DNA of 63,209 bases, the filler included, from Welwitschia mirabilis (Eukaryota): NCBI GenBank assembly GCA_051453625.1. It is 6 parts of one record of this genome, joined end to end, with 100 filler letters (N's around TTAATTAATTAA, not from the genome) between each part and the next. Parts side by side here need not be neighbours in the genome. Positions count along the whole stretch, not along the records: positions 26,292 to 34,530 come from JBOZIK010000001.1; positions 34,631 to 40,594 come from JBOZIK010000001.1; 4 more parts are not named here. The stretch is one strand, 5' to 3'. Numbering within the stretch: position 1 is the stretch's first letter; each line of letters starts with the position of its first letter. This document shows, one piece after another, positions 26,248-39,698 of this stretch. The translations under genes and the position numbers were made by a program. The notes beneath the pieces were generated by a model, which ran no database searches, was not told the origin of the DNA, and worked only from the letters and a program-made list of their open reading frames with translations.

Positions 26248-29200
26248 NNNNNNNNNNNNNNNNNNNNNNNNNNNNNNNNNNNNNNNNNNNNAAAGAATTG
26301 CTTAACCATCCAAAATTCCTCCCTAGTAATGTTCATTAATATAAATCATAAAATCACCTGATAAGGATGCATGACATAATGTAAAAATTCATAAAGTTCC
26401 ATTCGAATATGCCATGATTATAACAATGTCAAGTATGTCTAATGTTATTAAACAATGAATGATAAGATTAAAAGCTGTTAAAATAGGAACTTACAAGTTA
26501 TTATCTCAAAAATAACACTAGAAGTCAAAAAAGTAAAGTAATCATGTGGAAGTATTATAAATAAGGAAAAATAAGTCTAGAAAACAAGTAATACCTCTAA
26601 TAACACTAGAGACATCACTGATTTCATAGCTTCTAAGTGCAATTTTAGTCTACCATGATGAGGGGACTGCAACCATTATAAGAGAATTAAGTACCCATAT
26701 AGCATGGACAACTAACCCCCCAGTGGAGTTCCCACAGCTATCATATCACACTGTCAAAGGCCACTCTCAGAAATATTTATCCTAGTGCACTTGTAGTAGG
26801 ACATCATAAGGGTCATGTTTTAAGATATAACATAAAAGAGTATGGCCTTTATTTCTTTTGTTATTTTCTTTTTTTGTGATTAATTCCATATGACCAAATA
26901 CTCATAAAGATAAAAGTGAAGTAAGAAAATAAATAACAAGGAAGATCATGCTAAAATAACTAATTACTCACACCATTGAAAGAAAATAAAAGAAATAAGT
27001 CATCTTCATTCAAAATGAAGTTCATAGATATATAAATGTCTAAAGATTGGATGAAGCCAATCTTATCATTTAAAATACCTAATAAAATATTTACTAATTA
27101 TGGTAACTTCATAAAGTAAAACATTAGTTAAGTAAAAGATGTTCAAGTAATAGCATGACATTTACTAAAAGAATCGGCTAAGGAAGAATTTAGATGATGG
27201 CAATAGAAAAATTCCAACATAAGTGCTTCTATCATGTTTAAAGTTAATCAATAGATATTTCAATGATGTTTAACCTTTTATCCATTAACTTCTAAATCTC
27301 CCAATTATTTGAGCTGAAAGATTCAATGAAGTCATATAGAGATGTACTTTTTCTAAAAGATAAGGACTTTAATCATTGAGAAGTTCAACTAGTTGTGTAA
27401 AAAGTACACTCAAGTATTGTATTTTTTAGAAAAATAAGGGCTAAATCAAAAAGAAACATATTGATAAAACATAAAAGGTGTGTAATCATTTTGAAGTAAA
27501 ATCAATTAGAGATAAACATTAATAGCACAATTTTTAAATTCAAAATAAGAGATAAAAAAGTGATGAATTTTGTTGTCAAATAATCTCTTATGAAAATAGT
27601 ATAAAGCATGAGTATCATGATATAATTCATTTAAGGTATTACTCAAATAATAAAGCTAAGAATGTTTTAAGGGCTTTTGAGAATGTTGAATAAAATTGAA
27701 AAGCTTCTTAAAATTTAACTCTAAGCATGGATTATCATTAAGAAGATAAGGCTTACCTCAATTTAAAATTCTCAAGTAAAACTTTTAAAAAGAATAATCA
27801 TTAAAAGCACAAGGTAAAGTGGGTTTGATAAAAAAAGAAATAATGTTATTTTGAGGATCATATAAATGTTTAAAAGAAAGAGATTTAGAGATATGAGAAA
27901 TAGACTTTTCAAAATGATGGATGTTATTAGAGTCAAGGAAAGGAACATGTCCTTGAAAATTATATGGAGGTGTAATTGGAAGAGATGGATAAAGGTTATC
28001 ATTATTAAGGTCATAAGGTAATGTAAAAGGGGAAGTAGAAGTAAAAGGAATGATGTGATTTAAATTTGTACATGGAGATATAAGTGGAAAGGATGTAGAA
28101 GTATGAAAAAGAACAAGTTTGTCTTCTTTGAAGTTTAAATTAATCTCTATGAGTCCTTTATTATGATTAGTTTCTTTACTATTGGCTTTGTCCTTATTCT
28201 ATTGGGTTGTTACTTCACTTTTATCATCATTTTTTATGACTAGAACTTTCTTATCATGTTGAATGTTGCTTTCATTATCCAAGTTATTTGATTCATAAAA
28301 AAGATTATCAAGAGAACTAAAATCATTATCTTCATTATTGATCAAAAAGTTTGTATTCTTTTTATGAATGGATTTCTCATTCTAGCATCTAGCAATAAAT
28401 GGAGGACAGGGATATAATCTAAAACCTTAATATCATCATCTAATGTATAGTCATACTCATCTTAATTAATGAAAGATTGAGTTGAGTTACTATTATCTTT
28501 TCTTTGCTCATCTCCTAGTGAATAGGATGTTGAAGTTTGATCCAAAATTATATTTTTGTATTGAAAACAAGAATCATCATCATTTATGTCTAAGTTCTTC
28601 TCATTTTCCTTAAGGTAGAATGAAGTAGGATAGTTATAAGGATGTTATGTTGTAAAATATCCTTAAATATGTAATAGTATTTATTGTAAGATTTTAATTA
28701 ATTTTCTAGATTCTTATTTATGTTTTCTTGATTCTTCTTTATTTCATCAATATTTTCTCTTAATGTATCATTTTCTTCCTCATAGTTAGTCATGGGAGAT
28801 GGTTCCTCTTCATAGTGATGCATAGGATATGGTTAGAATTGATAAAAAGGATTGTAAGAAGTTTATTGAAATGAGGTGGAATCCCTAAAATATAAAGAAT
28901 CTTCATCATCATGTCTATATGAGGTTTTAAAAAAAGATAGGAAAAAAGAAGAAGATTGAAAAGAAGAAGGGATTCAATTTCTATTTTTAACATTATTTTG
29001 TGACAGTCTCCATCTTTTAGAAAAGATTTCTTGAAGTGTTTTCTTACTATTGTCCTTAACATTTTGCAAGTTTCTTCTTCTTTTAGAAAGAAGTTCCACA
29101 ACAATCTTTCTACTACTATTCATTAAAGCAAGTGAGAAGAATTGAATAAGAGATTTTTAATTTAAGATGAGGAATATAAGTAAACAATGAAGATCAAGTT

Positions 29201-29941
29201 TCCATCTCTTGGATGTTTCATCATTTTGTTAAAATTGCTGATTTCTAACATTTAAAAGATGTATAATGGCTATCTATTTTAACTATCATGAAAATAACTA
29301 ATAGAATGGCTATAGAGAAAAAGAAAAATTAAATTCTTTAATAAGATTAAAAAAATTTAGGAACTTACATACCTGCGATGTACCTGGATTTTGCTCGAAG
29401 TCAAATGATCCTATGCTAATACTTTTTTCTTTAATCAAGTTCCACTTCCATTAGTATTTCATATGTCTGCTAGAATTTACTATGTCCTTACATGCAAATA
29501 CCATAAATAGAAAACCAAAATCAAAAGCAAGTTTCATCATCCATCTTACCACGGGAATGATAGGGAAGACGATAATCACACAAAAAACTGAACTTAAAAA
29601 ACTTACAAAGAAAGATTACCAAAACTCAAAAAAGTGAGACTATCATTCGGAATGTTGTGTGAATAACAAATAGCATGGTAGTACCTTTATTACTAAACTA
29701 TGAGTAGAAAAAATTGCAAAAATAGAAAATAAATTTGAAATNNNNNNNNNNNNNNNNNNNNNNNNNNNNNNNNNNNNNNNNNNNNNNNNNNNNNNNNNNN
29801 NNNNNNNNNNNNNNNNNNNNNNNNNNNNNNNNNNNNNNNNNNNNNNNNNNNNNNNNNNNNNNNNNNNNNNNNNNNNNNNNNNNNNNNNNNNNNNNNNNNN
29901 NNNNNNNNNNNNNNNNNNNNNNNNNNNNNNNNNNNNNNNNN

Positions 29942-29961
29942 CCCCGGCAATAGCGCCAAAA
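29942..29961 (-). promoter_or_regulatory. primer binding site, Athila-type
   Basis: The minus strand reads TTTTGGCGCTATTGCCGGGG immediately after the LTR end. Confidence 0.85.
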
Positions 29962-31331
29962 TTTTACAATGTTAATTTATGCAATTCTAACATGTTTTTG
30001 GCAAACCTATAAATCAAATAACTTGAAAAAAACACACTCAAGTATAGACGGAAGTTCACCTGAATGTCGTAATCGCAACGAAGGCACTAGGCTTAGAGTT
30101 AGAGAATTGATTTCCAAAGGTATTTTTAGCCTTTTATCTATTAATAACTAAAAGTAAATAACAATGCAAAAGCAATGCAAGATGAATGAATATGAAATNN
30201 NNNNNNNNNNNNNNNNNNNNNNNNNNNNNNNNNNNNNNNNNNNNNNNNNNNNNNNACTACCTTATCTATAAATTATATCAATTAAGAAGAGCATCCAATT
30301 AGTTCTTAATCAACATAAACTATGAGATCTATTCATGTAAGATAAGAAATGTAATATGAAATGGAATGGAAGAGTAATGAAAATATACTACTAATCAAGG
30401 TCAACCTTAACAAAGGTTTCCTTTATGATCTTATATAAATTATAGAGTCGTCATAATAAACTATGATCAATGTAAACCATAAGGAACATTCACAAAATTA
30501 GAATTAAAAAAGAAATTGTATTAACTTAAAGAGTATTTAAGTACATTACATCCATTTGCAATAGAATAATAGTACCTTAAGGAAGAGACTTAGCCTAACA
30601 CCAAGGAAACTCCTTTCTGTAGTTACTAGATGGACCTCTTATCCTTCAATCTTCCATTACAAGCATATCAAGTATAAAAGATGGTTTGGAAGTGAGGACA
30701 AGAGGGGTATTTATAGTTTTACATTAAACATTCTAGAACAGTAACCTTAGAAGTCAGAGAGAAAACCCTAGCAGCCCAAGTGGGGTGCATGACCCCATTA
30801 CAAAGATAATTCAACCTCACTTATATAAAATAATTGTCATCCTGACTATCTTAGGGATGACACTGGGGACGATGACTCTTAATAATAAATAATTAATATT
30901 CTTCTAGCTCCACAATTAGCCCCACAATTAGCTTTATATGTGTCATCGTCCCTTATGTCATGAGGATAATAGTGGGGATAACACCTCCATAGAAAATGGT
31001 GCTTTATAAACTCCAACCTCCAGTCCAAATTACTATTATAATAGGCAGGTATAGTGTTTTCATCACCTCTATTATGGGAATGAAAGTGGGGATGACACCC
31101 TTCTAAAGCTCTTCAAGAAAATCAAATCATTCTTCTTTATCATTAGTCTTCCTTCAACATGCTAAGTACTAGAAAATGCCTAAAATGCCTCTAATTATGC
31201 CAAGAATTACATGTTTCCATGATCATCTTGTTGGCTGTTCATAATTAGTGGAATTGCATCTAAACCTATATAAATGTCCTGCAAAATTACTCCAAATATA
31301 TCATCAAATTCCCATAATTAGCATTACAATA
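29962..31331 (-). repeat. 5' LTR of nested Athila-like element
   Basis: Reverse-complement homolog of 3979-5233; starts TATTGTAATG on the minus strand. Confidence 0.85.
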
Positions 31332-31812
31332 ATATAAATCATCAAAGGCAACCTTTATCAATGTTAAAATCATTAGTCTAGGATTTTCATTACATTGTAT
31401 TTTACATTTCCTAACTTAATCATTGCATGTTTTCCATATTATATTGGATGTATTTGATAGTTTATGTTGGTTGGATTACTAATAGTTTCTTTGATTGATC
31501 TAGGTTGTATAGGACCAATTTTGGTGGCATAGATTTCATAGTCAGATAGACATTACATTTAGAGTAGATTGCATTTACATTACATAGTATGTTTACTTTT
31601 CTTGCATTATACTTTTCATTATTAAATCCTAAAAATAAAAATGCAAAAATACGTCACAGAAATTGATTCTATAGCTTCAAGCCTAGTTCCTTAAATGGAT
31701 TACAACATTTGGGTTTACTTCCATCTATACTAGTGTGTGCATTTTGAAATATATTTATGATTAATAAGATTTGATAAAGAGCATAACGATTGCATAAATA
31801 TGCACCACAACA
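31332..31812 (+). repeat. 3' part of host 3' LTR
   Basis: Colinear with 21421-21897; ends GCACCACAACA. Confidence 0.85.
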
Positions 31813-31815
31813 ATC

Positions 31816-33464
31816 ATGTATTCATAATTATATATCCTTAGAATGTTTGAGGACTGATATTCTTTAGAGAAGAAGAGCTATAGATTCCACTAAGAAATAA
31901 CCCTTGTATTCTAATTTTATATCATTACAAGAAATTAAAGTCTCTAAATAAGAAATAACATTTCTTTAAAAGTTGTTACTTATTAAAAATAGTGTTAATT
32001 TGGCCATAAAAAACTATACTAATAGAGGTATATCTTTTATAAATTTTAATTCATGTTGGTATTCTAAACTAGTTCAAAATGGTCATGATTCTAAGAACAA
32101 ATTTAGATAAATAATTCTTTCTTTAATTTATGAATTTTTTTGGATCTTCTTGTTTTATGATCCAAATGAGGCTTATAAATTATCCATCCTGTGATTAGAG
32201 TTAATGTACTCTATTTCAAATTTTCGTTGGATCTACATGAATATTTTAATATGATAAATAGTTTGTTTGATAAGATGAAAGATTATAGATAGATTATTTA
32301 ATATGATAAAAGACTCTTCCTTTTAGATGGATTTCTCAAAAAAAAAAATATTCTTGATTTTTTCTTTAAAAAAAAGTTTGACTGATTGGTTCTTATTAAT
32401 TACCTTCAGTAATGTTAGTTTTTACTTCAAGAAGTTTTCTAAGACATCGCCATATTATTCAACTTCTTGCTAGTTTTTTTCTCCATTTAGTATTAAAATT
32501 AGAATGATTATATTAAAATATATAGGTAATTCTTATAATTAAACCAACATTTCATTTTTTTAATAGATTGACATTGGGCATTTGACCAAGAAAAATCACT
32601 CTTCTTACTTTAGATTATATGAAAACACATATACATAGAATGTTATCTAAGTTATACTACTAAATGAATTATAAGATGGATTTATGCTATGTGTTATATC
32701 CAAAATAATTCAATACATTATGGTAATAAATAACTACTAAAGTAAGATAAGTACATTTACTTAACAACATATGTCAATCTGTTTTTGTTTCTATAGAATA
32801 ATATAAGTATATTAAGAAAAGAATTTATTATCTTAATATTCACTAAGTCAATTATAAATATAAATCCTTAGAGAGAGTTTCTACTTCTTCTCAGTTAGAA
32901 AATTTTAAATTTTATGGTATTTTATCCTTTCATCTTTAGCATCATTTCTAGTTATTTAATTAATAATTTTACTAAGGTCTTCAAATTTCATTATGATCTT
33001 TTGATCAAAATTTAAACTTAATTTTCTAAAAAATATTTATAAGCCCATTTTTATTTTTTAAAAGATATTATAAAGGATGAGTTAAAAGTAGCTTTCTTTG
33101 ACATGGCTAACCATAAGAATCTAATAATGAATTATTTGTTTTTAGAATTTTATGAATACCATGAAGATATTATTGTCCATAACTACTTCAAGATAGTTCA
33201 AGAAGTCTCACATGAAGGTAACTAAGGTCCAAACCTTAATTAAGATCTTATTGATTTTTTTCCAAAAAAATGATTTTCATTCTTTTCCAATTAAGGATCA
33301 ATTACTTTAATTAATATCACTCTTTTTTTTTCATAAAGAAACTAGAAAACTCTTTATATTATATAAAAAGGACCACAGTTTACAAATATTAACTTATAAA
33401 TAATAATAATTATAAATTACATCAGAAGCTACATAGATATAATTTAGAAAAACATCTACTTCAG
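31816..33464 (+). pseudogene. L1-type LINE ORF2, APE endonuclease to start of RT
   Basis: I(S)*NV*GL (~31835; cf. SWNVRGL), NFISLQEIK (LQETK), EYFNM (GDFN), TFSN, RHRHI (SDHRPI), PTFHFFN, MANHK...LEFY, LN*DLIDFFPK, N*GSITLIN (NWRPITLLN) and RYNLE (GRYILDN), all in canonical order. Confidence 0.8.
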
Positions 33465-34530
33465 TGTTGCACCACCAACTTACATGTATTTGATAGGGTA
33501 TTATGAGTTGTTTTGCAGGTAAATTAGCAGATAAATGCTTAGGTTTTATGATAATAGAGAACTAGGATGACAAGAATGAAAACATCCAATTTCCAAATAA
33601 ACTACAAGCATTTTGTCCAGATATGGATAAAAATTATTTTGAATAATGAGTCCTGCAAACAACAAAGAGATTAAATTAACTGAAGATTGACAAAAGATCA
33701 TCGTCCACCTCATCATCTAGACTAACGTCTAGACAACATCTTCAACAAGTTGACAACATGTTACATGCAGTTCAGAGGCACTTTAACTAAGAGCAAATAG
33801 AGATATATCTATTAGTCATCATCATCTCCTATATCATCCAGATGATCATAAGGATGACATTGTTCTCTCACACTTTCATCAAATGTTTACCTAGGTTGTT
33901 GCCACTTTATTGTGACTTTTTCTTTGCATGTTAGCTAGGATTTTTTCTATACTTTTCTATCGATTTCCCTTTCTTTTCTGTCTATACCCCTTGATTCTTA
34001 ATCATCTTCAATAGTACCTAACATATTCGTGATAGAATATCTTGGGATCGAAGAGCCATTTTATGATTACAGAGAGACGTTTCCTTGGTGTTTGATGGTG
34101 TTTCCTCTATTGAGGAGCCGCTACTTTATAATATGAATGTTGCATGCATTTTAATATGAATTATCTTTTTTTCTGTTCAATATATGTAGTATCTTCTCCC
34201 TCATAGTTTATGTTATTTAAGATTCAGAGATAAGCTTCTTTTATGATATAGATTATGAGGGTAGCCTTTTTCAAGGTTGAGCTTAATTAGTTTAGGTACA
34301 TCATTATTTTCTTTCCTACATTAGTTTTATATAAATATATTTTATTGTTTTATTTCTATACATTACAATTTATTTTAGTAGGTTAGGGTTACATAATTTT
34401 CTCTTAAAAGCAACTCTTTTATTTCTATACTTTAGCCTTCGACAGAATTACGACATTCGGATCACTCTCATCTATACTACTATGTTGTATTTGTACATAT
34501 TAATTATAATTAATAGGATTTAGCTTAGGA
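33465..34530 (+). repeat. Athila-like LTR (3' end in gap)
   Basis: Starts TGTTGC where the LINE homology stops. Homologous to the other family LTRs, including the U5 block ACATTCGG..CATCTATACTA. Confidence 0.8.
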
Positions 34531-34630
34531 NNNNNNNNNNNNNNNNNNNNNNNNNNNNNNNNNNNNNNNNNNNNTTAATTAATTAANNNNNNNNNNNNNN
34601 NNNNNNNNNNNNNNNNNNNNNNNNNNNNNN

Positions 34631-35987
34631 CTCCTTGCAGCCTTTCCCAATAATGGTGCTAAAATGTTGCGATTTGTATTTTGTGCAATCTTGAAGTTCT
34701 TAGGTATACCTATACATCATATTACTTATACAAAAAAAACACACGCTAGTATAGATGGGAGCTTCACCTGAATGTCATAATCAAATGAAGGCTTATGCTT
34801 GGAGTTAGAGAAATGGCATCGACTACTATTTTATTGCTCTTTTATCTTTATAGAAACANNNNNNNNNNNNNNNNNNNNNNNNNNNNNNNNNNNNNNNNNN
34901 NNNNNNNNNNNNNNNNNNNNNNNNNNNNNNNNNNNNNNNNNNNNNNNNNNNNNNNNNNNNNNNNNNNNNNNNNNNNNNNNNNNNNNNNNNNNNNNNNNNN
35001 NNNNNNNNNNNNNNNNNNNNNNNNNNNNNNNNNNNNNNNNNNNNNNNNNNNNNNNNNNNNNNNNNNNNNNNNNNNNNNNNNNNNNNNNNNNNNNNNNNNN
35101 NNNNNNNNNNNNNNNNNNNNNNNNNNNNNNNNNNNNNNNNNNNNNNNNNNNNNNNNNNNNNNNNNNNNNNNNNNNNNNNNNNNNNNNNNNNNNNNNNNNN
35201 NNNNNNNNNNNNNNNNNNNNNNNNNNNNNNNNNNNNNNNNNNNNNNNNNNNNNNNNNNNNNNNNNNNNNNNNNNNNNNNNNNNNNNNNNNNNNNNNNNNN
35301 NNNNNNNNNNNNNNNNNNNNNNNNNNNNNNNNNNNNNNNNNNNNNNNNNNNNNNNNNNNNNNNNNNNNNNNNNNNNNNNNNNNNNNNTTATAAACCCCCG
35401 AAAGAAGAAATGGATGGCCAAAAACTCAAGGTGGGAGAAGAGACCCTGACAACTCGCATGGCCCATTGGTACACATTACAAAGCAAAAAATAGTTATCAT
35501 CTTGTGTGTCATCCACACGACCAAAGGGACAATGCCACCTTAGCAGCTTGGATTGTGTGCCCTATGCTTTGGTTTGTGTGTCATGCACTTGCCGCTAGTC
35601 CTGGCGTGTCGTCTTCATCGTCGTCCGGACGATTAAACGGATGATACCTTCTTGATGTGTGTGCCAGGTCCTGCAGTTGGCGCCATAGGTTTCTGTCCAT
35701 GTCAGAAATCCTATCGTTTTGAGTGTCATCCATATGACCAAGGGGATGACAGTCTTATTTTATTCTTTCTTTCCAAGGTAAGTCAATATTTACTTTTTTC
35801 TATTCTTCTCCTATACTGCAATCTCAAAATCAACTCGAGAATCTATCAAAGATGCTGGATATCACCTGTTTTTTTGATCATCTTATCATTCCTTCATAAT
35901 CATTAGTATTGCATCAAAACCTAAATAACTACCCTACAGAATTACTCAAAACACATTATTAAATTCTCACAAATTGATATTACAACA
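34631..35987 (-). mobile_element. Athila-like 5' LTR (35987-34665) plus decayed PBS; rest of element not assembled
   Basis: The minus-strand LTR runs TGTTGTAATATC...CGCAACA and is followed by TTTTAGCACCATTATTGGGAAAGGCTGCAAGGAG. It keeps more CpG than the other copies. Confidence 0.85.
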
Positions 35988-38900
35988 CAAAGGTACTCAA
36001 GATTTACAATTTATTACAATTTTTGATTTTAATTCTGTAGAGTTTGATACCATGTCGACCTCTAACCAAAAATAAAAACAACCTATCTCTTCAAATCCAC
36101 CCCTTATCATTTAAACCCTTATTTTTACTCCTCCTCAACCTAATACTCATGCTACTTTAAGAGATCTCATAGTGGTCAAAAAACATGAAATCCAAAATTC
36201 TTTCAACTTACCTTCTGGTAATGATGTAAAACTTTAAAATTTAAATGCTTACCCTATCTTTAGTGAAGAACTTGATGAAGATCCTCTACAACACATCACC
36301 AAATTAAACAACTTATTCTTACTTCTGGAAATAGTAAAAAAAAAATAACTGATAGAACTTATATGGTTATCTTTCCCATAACATTGAGAGATAAATCAAA
36401 AATTTGGCTTAGAATAATCCCTTATAAGAGCCTTAAATCTTGGAGTAAAGTATAAGAATCTTTCATCAAAAGATTCATGAGTAAAACCATCATCTAGAAG
36501 TATAAGAAAAAAGTCACAATCTTCTAACAATTGCCTAATAAAAACTATGCCTCAGGCTATGAGTGATTCTTTATTGCTTTAAATTAAAATCCTATAGATA
36601 CCTTTTTTGAACTAGAGTTAATTGACCATTTCTATAGTAGATTAAATAGTCATACAAAGAAACTCATAGATTTCTCTTATGGAGGCAACCTCTTAAACCA
36701 AANNNNNNNNNNNNNNNNNNNNNNNNNNNNNNNNNNNNNNNNNNNNNNNNNNNNNNNNNNNNNNNNNNNNNNNNNNNNNNNNNNNNNNNNNNNNNNNNNN
36801 NNCCAAAACCCTTTCGACTTACCTTCTGGTGATTATTTAAAACTTTAAAACTTGAATACTTATCCTATCTTTAGTGGAGAACCTGGTGAAGATCCTTTAC
36901 AACACATCATCGAAATTGAACAATTTATCTTTACTTCTAGAAATGGTACAAAAATGAATAAGTGATAGAACCTACATGGTTGTCTTTTCCATCACCCTGA
37001 GAGATAAAGCAAAACTTTATCTTAGAACTANNNNNNNNNNNNNNNNNNNNNNNNNNNNNNNNNNNNNNNNNNNNNNNNNNNNNNNNNNNNNNNATGAAAC
37101 CATCATCTAGAAATATAAAAAAGAAGTCACAAACTTCCAACAATTACCTAATAAATACTATGCCTCTGCTTATTAGTGAATCTTTGTTTCTTTACATTTA
37201 AACCCTGTAGATACTTTTTCTAAGGTAGAGTTAATTAACTATTTCTATAGTGGATTAAACAGTCATATCAAGCAACTTGTAGATTTCTCTTGTGGAGGTA
37301 ATGTATTAAACTAAACCTTAGGATATGTTTGGAAGGGATTAGAAGATTTAGTGGAAGTAAGTTAAACTTGACCTAAGCCCTCATCTAGAGAAAACCAAAC
37401 AGTAAGTCAAATCATTAAGGACCTAAAAAAAGTCAAAAATGAGAAGACTAAAATCAAACTAGAAAATATACCAATTAGCATCATTAAGAATTTCACTTTT
37501 ACTTTAGAAAAATACACTCAAATGATCCTTAATGCTAAAGTGGCAACCAAGAAGAGTGAAGTTACTATTCCAACATGCGATTTATGTGAAGATAGCTGCC
37601 ATGTCATAAAAGAGTGCCCTTTACTTCCTACATACAAAGAGAGAATCTATGAGAAAGTGTGCAAAGACCTTTTAACTACATTCAAAACTACAACCAAAGA
37701 TAAGTCCCAAATCACAATTTTCAAAATACGATGAATGAGCAACTAAATCCTAGCAATTTTCAAACACATCATCCTAACTTCCAGCTTTTTTGGAATAGTT
37801 TAAACATCTCAACTTTTAATCCAACTATTCAAATAACTTGGCAAGACCTTCCAACTCCTAAAACCATAGTGATCCTCTTAGTAATTCCATTGAGGAGTTA
37901 AGAAGAACTCAAGAGAATACAAATGCCAACATAGAAAATCTTGTAAATATCTTACAACAAATCATGCTTGCTAATTAAAGGTCATAAGGGACCCTTACCA
38001 TCCAACCTTTACCAAACCCTAACAAAATATGAAAAGATTGTAAGGTGATAACAAGAAGTGAAAATGACACAACTCGCCCTACTCATGAGGCTTCAACTTC
38101 CCAAAATGATAAAAATGATGAGAAAGAGGACATAGAAGTTCTAGAAAACCATTCCTTCCCTTCTTCACTTAGTAACAAAAAGAAAGATCCTTCATGAAAA
38201 AAACTTTCTACCCCATGGCTTAATACGATTAACACCAACCCCATATTTAATGATTATTTGAAAGCCTTAATGTAAAACATTAGCATCAACTTACCTTTTT
38301 GGAACCTTTTGCAAAAAAATCCCAAATACTCTAAGCTATGGAAAGACCGGATAAGAAGGAAATAAAAATAAATCATCCTGAATAAAGTCTTCCTAGCTCA
38401 ATCCATTAACAACTTAGTTTACAAAAAGTGTCAAAATTTTAAAGATTCAGGGGTAGTAACCATTAGTGTCACTTTAGAAAGGAACTATAGAATTAAAAAA
38501 TCCTTGATAGACATAGGAGCTAGTATCAATATTATGCTCTTGCACATTTGTTAACATCTTGGATTGCAAGAGAGAGTAGAGTCTACACAAATTATCTTGG
38601 AGTTAGTCGATGCATCCATAAAAAGATCTTTAGATATGATCAAGGACTTGGTTATTCAATTAGAGAAAGCTTTCTACCCAATTTATGTAGTCATTTTAGA
38701 AGTTAAGCATCAAGGTGGATATCCCCTACTTCTAGGTAGAGCTTTCTGTGCAATAGTCCATTGCATTATAGACACAAGAACTAGATTAATAAAATGCCAT
38801 TTTGAAAATAAATGATTTTCAATAAGAGTGTTTAAAGGCCGAAAAATATTTAGGCAATAATTTAGGTTTAGACAAAGAAATAAAACCAACCCTATTTTTA

Positions 38901-39647
38901 CAGCACTGTCTACTTTAGGAGAGATGGCCCAAGCCTCATGAGCTAACCTTGTTTGATGATCTATTGGCCATTCCCACTTCCATTTCATATAGTATGTGGA
39001 TTAGTCCCTCGATGGTAGTACCTAAAAAGGGTGCAAAATGGCATATTCATATAGATAATGATTAAAATTATATGAGGATTTTTAGACACAACTGTGAACA
39101 TGGTAGAAGCATTTGTTTTGGAGGTTTTCCTTAAGGAGGACTTCCTCCCTATCATTGTCTAATTTCTTTCTTAGCTTATCCTTTGGTTAAATATTATAAC
39201 TTTACCTGATCATCTTTCAAACTTAACTTGTGTCTTACTTTATAAAGTATTATGATTAGTTTTATACTTGGGCATTTACAAGTNNNNNNNNNNNNNNNNN
39301 NNNNNNNNNNNNNNNNNNNNNNNNNNNNNNNNNNNNNNNNNNNNNNNNNNNNNNNNNNNNNNNNNNNNNNNNNNNNNNNNNNNTTGTGTATTACTTTATA
39401 AATTATTATGATTAGTTTTATACTTGGGCATTTACAAGTGGTAAGATTACATTCATCCAATCTTGAGACATTCTCATGTCTATGGACTATATTTATAGGA
39501 AAATGCCTTAGTTTTTAGTATTTTTTCCAATGGTGGTTAAATCTTAGGTTATCTGGGAGTGTTCTTTTCTATCTTTTATCTCACTTATTCACCTTTATCT
39601 TTCTTGAGTGTGTGATCATGTGGGAATTTTAATTTAAAAAAAAAGAA

Positions 39648-39698
<51 letters not shown>

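Larger units (their letters stand above)
26292..31331 (-). mobile_element. nested non-autonomous Athila-like element (5' LTR, PBS, partial gag, integrase tail, 3' region; 3' end lost in gap)
   Basis: LTR 31331-29962 and PBS TTTTGGCGCTATTGCCGGGG. 27420-26292 is the reverse-complement homolog of ~1735-2800. It interrupts the host 3' LTR at 31331/31332. Confidence 0.85.
20647..31812 (+). mobile_element. non-autonomous Athila-like element (5' LTR, PBS, gag, protease, no RT/RH/INT core), with a nested element in its 3' LTR
   Basis: 5' LTR 20647-21897 and 3' LTR remnant 31332-31812, which matches 21421-21897. Flanks AACAT (20642-20646) and ATCAT (31813-31817) form a 5-bp TSD with one mismatch. Confidence 0.85.

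Noticed and set aside
34795..35493. Long ORFs in the ORF track made largely of X (also 29693-29959, 57418-58507, 60116-60396)
   Set aside because: They are open only because N runs contain no stop codons.
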